A stretch of DNA of 10,044 nucleotides from positions 1-10,044 of the forward strand of contig JAYNIA010000070.1 in NCBI GenBank assembly GCA_038108555.1. Reading direction: 5' to 3'. The notes beneath the pieces were generated by a model. The model saw only the letters and a program-made list of their open reading frames with translations. It made no database searches and was not told the DNA's origin. This document shows, one piece after another, positions 6,749 through 10,044 of the stretch. This DNA comes from Nitrospinota bacterium (GTDB lineage Bacteria; Nitrospinota; Nitrospinia; Nitrospinales; VA-1). The position numbers and the translations under genes are program-made. Position 1 is the stretch's first letter. Every line of letters begins with the position of its first letter.

Positions 6749-7486
6749 ATGAAAAAAAAATACCTTTTAATAATTGAATACGAAGGCACGGCCTACCACG
6801 GTTGGCAGATGCAGAAGAACGGGATTTCCGTTCAGGAAGTGGTTGAACGAGAACTGTCCACCATCACCAAAACGAAGACGACCGTATTAAGCTCGGGACG
6901 CACCGATGCCGGGGTCCATGCCGAAGGAATGGCTGCGCATTTTGTCACCGAATCGAAAATGAAACCCTTCGAATTTTTATATGCGCTGAACAGCAATCTT
7001 CCCAAAGATATTACGATCAAAGAAGTTCGAAAAGTTCCGATGGCTTTTAATGCTAGAGGATCGGTGAAAACCAAGCTTTATCGCTACACGATTTTGAATA
7101 GAAATTTTCCTTCCGCCCTGAACTATCGACGTTCCTGGTTTATTCCTCATGAGCTGGATGTCGCTGCCATGCGAAGGGCCGCAAAATATTTTGTTGGCAA
7201 GCATGATTTCACGTCCTTTCGCGCGGGGAACTGCAATGCGAAGACTCCCATACGTATTCTCAAACGGGTGGAGATTATAAAGGATAAGGGATTCCTGCAT
7301 CTGGAGTTTGAGGGGAAGGGATTCCTCAAGCATATGGTGCGCAATCTTGTGGGGACTCTTGTTTATGTCGGACGAAAAAAAATGCCTGCAAGGGAAGTAA
7401 AAACCATTCTCGAAGCCAAAAACCGCCGCATTGCCGGTCCCACCGCCCCCGCTCAGGGGCTGTGCCTGGTGAAGGTAGTGTATTAG
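6749..7486 (+). CDS. truA: tRNA pseudouridine(38-40) synthase TruA, 245 aa
   Basis: IEYEGTAYHGWQ, SGRTDAGVHA (catalytic Asp), GKHDFTSF, GFLKHMVRNLVG, AGPTAPAQGLCL. Confidence 0.98.
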   Translation: MKKKYLLIIEYEGTAYHGWQMQKNGISVQEVVERELSTITKTKTTVLSSGRTDAGVHAEGMAAHFVTESKMKPFEFLYALNSNLPKDITIKEVRKVPMAFNARGSVKTKLYRYTILNRNFPSALNYRRSWFIPHELDVAAMRRAAKYFVGKHDFTSFRAGNCNAKTPIRILKRVEIIKDKGFLHLEFEGKGFLKHMVRNLVGTLVYVGRKKMPAREVKTILEAKNRRIAGPTAPAQGLCLVKVVY

Positions 7487-7706
7487 TTTGATAACTCTCA
7501 ATGAGAAAAAGTCACAATTTTTCTAAATAACTTCCTCTTAGTTCTCCCCCCTGTTTGTGGGATTGTTGAAAATCGATATAAGAACTATATTGATAAGTAG
7601 AGAGTTTTTCTTCCGAATACTAATCTGCTATCGCAGATCAAGCCTTTTATATATTTAGTATCAGATTCAACTTTTTTAATTCGTGTCTTATTTCGGGGAG
7701 AATTAA

Positions 7707-10044
7707 ATGCGTTGCCTTCATGCTGTTACCCGCCTGTTTGAAAGATCGTTTTTTTATTTAGTTTCATTCCTTATATTGGGTATTTCAATTTTTTATAACC
7801 CTTTGGTTGTTAATGCAGGTACGTGGTCCAGTTCTACCACTGGAGATGTAGCCCCAATGCCTACTCCAAGACATAGCCCCATGGCAGGCGTGATAAATGG
7901 AAAATTGTATGTTGCTGGTGGAAATGTTGGGGCGGCAGGCGACACTCCGGTTTTTGAATCATATGATCCTCAAACAGATACCTGGGCTTCGCTTCCCCCA
8001 CTTCCAGATACTGATTTTGGCAATGACGGGCGTTATGGTGGAACAGCAGGAGTAATTGATGGAAAACTTTATGTTGTTGGAGGGTGGCGGATTAGTCCTG
8101 CTTTGCCTACAGGTAATTTGCAAATTTACGACCCATCTACCAATAGTTGGACGCAGGGACCCGGGATACCCACAAATAGTGGTCGCAGTGGTTGTTCAAC
8201 GGGAAGAGTGATTAATCGCAAGCTTTATGTCTTAACAGCGTGCAATGGATTCAGCGGATATCATAGATTCCTGCATGTCTATAATCCAGATACCAACTCC
8301 TGGGCTCAACTTCCAGATGCCCCGAGTGTCCATGCCGATGGAGCTGCTGGAGTCATAAACGGAAAACTTTATATTGCTGGTGGATTTAATGGATCGGCTG
8401 CTTCCCAACAAGTGGATATTTATGATCCTGTTGCGAATACCTGGTCAACGGGTCCCTCAATGGGCACACCTCGAAATGCCCCGGGTGGAGCTGTTCTAAA
8501 TAATAAATTTTATGTCCTTGGTGGTCACGACGGGACCAGCGTTTTAAACACGGTAGAAGTCTACGACCCTGCAATAAACACATGGAGTTCGGGTGACCCT
8601 ATGCCAACAGCCCGATTTGCTCTTGCCGCAGAAGTCATTGGCAGCAAATTTTATGCGGTAGGCGGACATAGTGCGACAACGGCTTCTAATGTGCTGGATG
8701 TGTATTCCGAGCCAACTCTTGAGCTCGATACCCTAAGTTTCATGGGAGGAGCTGGGGATCAGCGGGGAACGGGTATAACCGTGAACACCTCCGGTGTTTT
8801 TATATCCGGAAATAATCAACCGGAAATTCAGCAGCCTTCGGATACCGGGTTTGTTGCGAAATTTAATAACCCTCCAACTTCGCTACCCGTTTGGTCAAAA
8901 TTATGGGGCTTTGGGAATATGTTTGGCATGTCCTCGAATAATCAGAGTGTGTTTGCTCAGGGTTGGAGTCATCCATTTCAAGGTTTAACTTCAGACGGGG
9001 TGGGTGGGGCTGAAGTGAAAGGGTTTGTTGCCCGGTTTAATAATGATGGTAGCAATGGACCCGGGCCAGGGGGCTCTGTAAATGTGGCAACCCCTAATTA
9101 TTTTTCCTATACAGGAGTCGAAGGACATTTGGGGTCAACGGTTGTAGAAGAAAACGGTTCCACGTTCGTTTACGTTTCCGGATTCGCTCAACCCTGTAGC
9201 CATGGCGCCAACATTGTGTGTAAATTTGATACGTCGGGAAATTTGATTGCCAAGGGTACTGATACCAGTGTCGGCTTGAATTTCAATGTTTGTTTCCGCC
9301 CCAGCATTGGTGGTTCCAGTGGACAGGATGTAACCGTATTAAATGGTTCGGTTTATCTTGGTGGTTCTACGGGATGGCATTTTGAAGGAGATGTAAATGG
9401 CCGTCCGGTTTTATGGAAGTACGACACCAACTTAAACCTGCAAATTCGACTAAAAGATTCTTCCCTTGCCGGTGTCTTTTTGGGCGTTACCAATGATGGG
9501 ACTTCCATCTACGCTGTGGGAAATACTTATAATGGGCCAGGTACAGAAGATTTCCTGATCCAGAAATACGATGCCAATAACCAAAAGGTTTGGTCCGTTA
9601 ATTTTGGAGGTTCTGATTCGGATGTCCTCACCGATGCATTGATTATTGCAAATCGCTTGTTTGCGGTTGGCTACACGCGTAGTGAAGGTGCTGGTGGAAT
9701 GGACATGGTGATTTTTGAAATCGATCCGGTAAATGGAGGCATTATATCTAAAACTCTTTATGGCGGGTCCCAGAATGACAAAGCTAATGAAGCCGCAACA
9801 GATGGCGTTCATTTATTCGTGGTCGGAGAATCCAGAAGCTTTGCCTCCCCATCCGGAAACCAGGTAGGAGAAAATGAAGCGGTACTTCTGAAGTACTCCA
9901 TTGGTGGAACACCTCCTCCGGATACAACACCTCCAGTAATAAATGTACCATCCGATATTACTGTCAATACCGGTGCGGGTGTTGCAACCGCTGTGGTGAG
10001 TTATGTGACACCGACCGCGACGGATAACGCTCCGGGTGTGGTGG
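7707..10044 (+). CDS. Large secreted protein: signal peptide + six Kelch repeats + second beta-propeller + HYR domain (3' truncated by window, at least 779 codons)
   Basis: Manual translation is open from ATG 7707 (SD GGGGAG 7695-7700) to the window end. N-terminus MRCLHAVTRLFERSFFYLVSFLILGISIFYNPLVVNA|GTW. Repeats such as VINGKLYVAGG...YDP..D/NTW (~7821-8706). Propeller-like repeats (IYAVGNT..DFLIQKYD...VWSVNFGGSDSD) to ~9900. DTTPPVINVPSDITV...VSYVTPTATDN is the start of a HYR domain. Confidence 0.9.
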   Translation, partial: MRCLHAVTRLFERSFFYLVSFLILGISIFYNPLVVNAGTWSSSTTGDVAPMPTPRHSPMAGVINGKLYVAGGNVGAAGDTPVFESYDPQTDTWASLPPLPDTDFGNDGRYGGTAGVIDGKLYVVGGWRISPALPTGNLQIYDPSTNSWTQGPGIPTNSGRSGCSTGRVINRKLYVLTACNGFSGYHRFLHVYNPDTNSWAQLPDAPSVHADGAAGVINGKLYIAGGFNGSAASQQVDIYDPVANTWSTGPSMGTPRNAPGGAVLNNKFYVLGGHDGTSVLNTVEVYDPAINTWSSGDPMPTARFALAAEVIGSKFYAVGGHSATTASNVLDVYSEPTLELDTLSFMGGAGDQRGTGITVNTSGVFISGNNQPEIQQPSDTGFVAKFNNPPTSLPVWSKLWGFGNMFGMSSNNQSVFAQGWSHPFQGLTSDGVGGAEVKGFVARFNNDGSNGPGPGGSVNVATPNYFSYTGVEGHLGSTVVEENGSTFVYVSGFAQPCSHGANIVCKFDTSGNLIAKGTDTSVGLNFNVCFRPSIGGSSGQDVTVLNGSVYLGGSTGWHFEGDVNGRPVLWKYDTNLNLQIRLKDSSLAGVFLGVTNDGTSIYAVGNTYNGPGTEDFLIQKYDANNQKVWSVNFGGSDSDVLTDALIIANRLFAVGYTRSEGAGGMDMVIFEIDPVNGGIISKTLYGGSQNDKANEAATDGVHLFVVGESRSFASPSGNQVGENEAVLLKYSIGGTPPPDTTPPVINVPSDITVNTGAGVATAVVSYVTPTATDNAPGVV

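Noticed and set aside
7821..8706. Kelch repeats as a nucleotide repeat array, CRISPR or DGR template
   Set aside because: Similarity is at the protein level with divergent codons; no identical repeat-spacer pattern, adenine-specific variation or RT gene.
6832..9812. ORFs 6832-7074, 6977-7501, 7147-7344, 8386-8583, 8794-8988, 9450-9812
   Set aside because: Antisense or out-of-frame shadows of truA and the Kelch/HYR gene.

Overview
Bacterial chromosomal window with six protein genes and no transposase, phage, CRISPR, rRNA or tRNA. The minus strand carries a two-gene operon: an Mrp/NBP35 Fe-S carrier ATPase (likely start 1799) followed by a small protein with two CxxC motifs and a PCP_red-like C-terminal domain. 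The plus strand carries a PhoX/DUF839 phosphatase with a Pho-box-like repeat upstream and no Tat motif, a HelD-like SF1 ATPase, truA, and a large secreted Kelch + second beta-propeller + HYR protein. That last gene runs off the window end and is missing from the supplied ORF track. The least explained parts are non-coding. Between helD and truA is a ~175-nt hairpin-rich segment with its own promoter-like and terminator signals (candidate sRNA). At 251-375 is a second structured GC-rich segment, and several REP-like palindromes of different families are scattered in the intergenic regions. The best candidates for an undescribed system are the Mrp + CxxC/PCP_red pair and the helD-adjacent sRNA. 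Both are hypotheses from manual reading, not database results.
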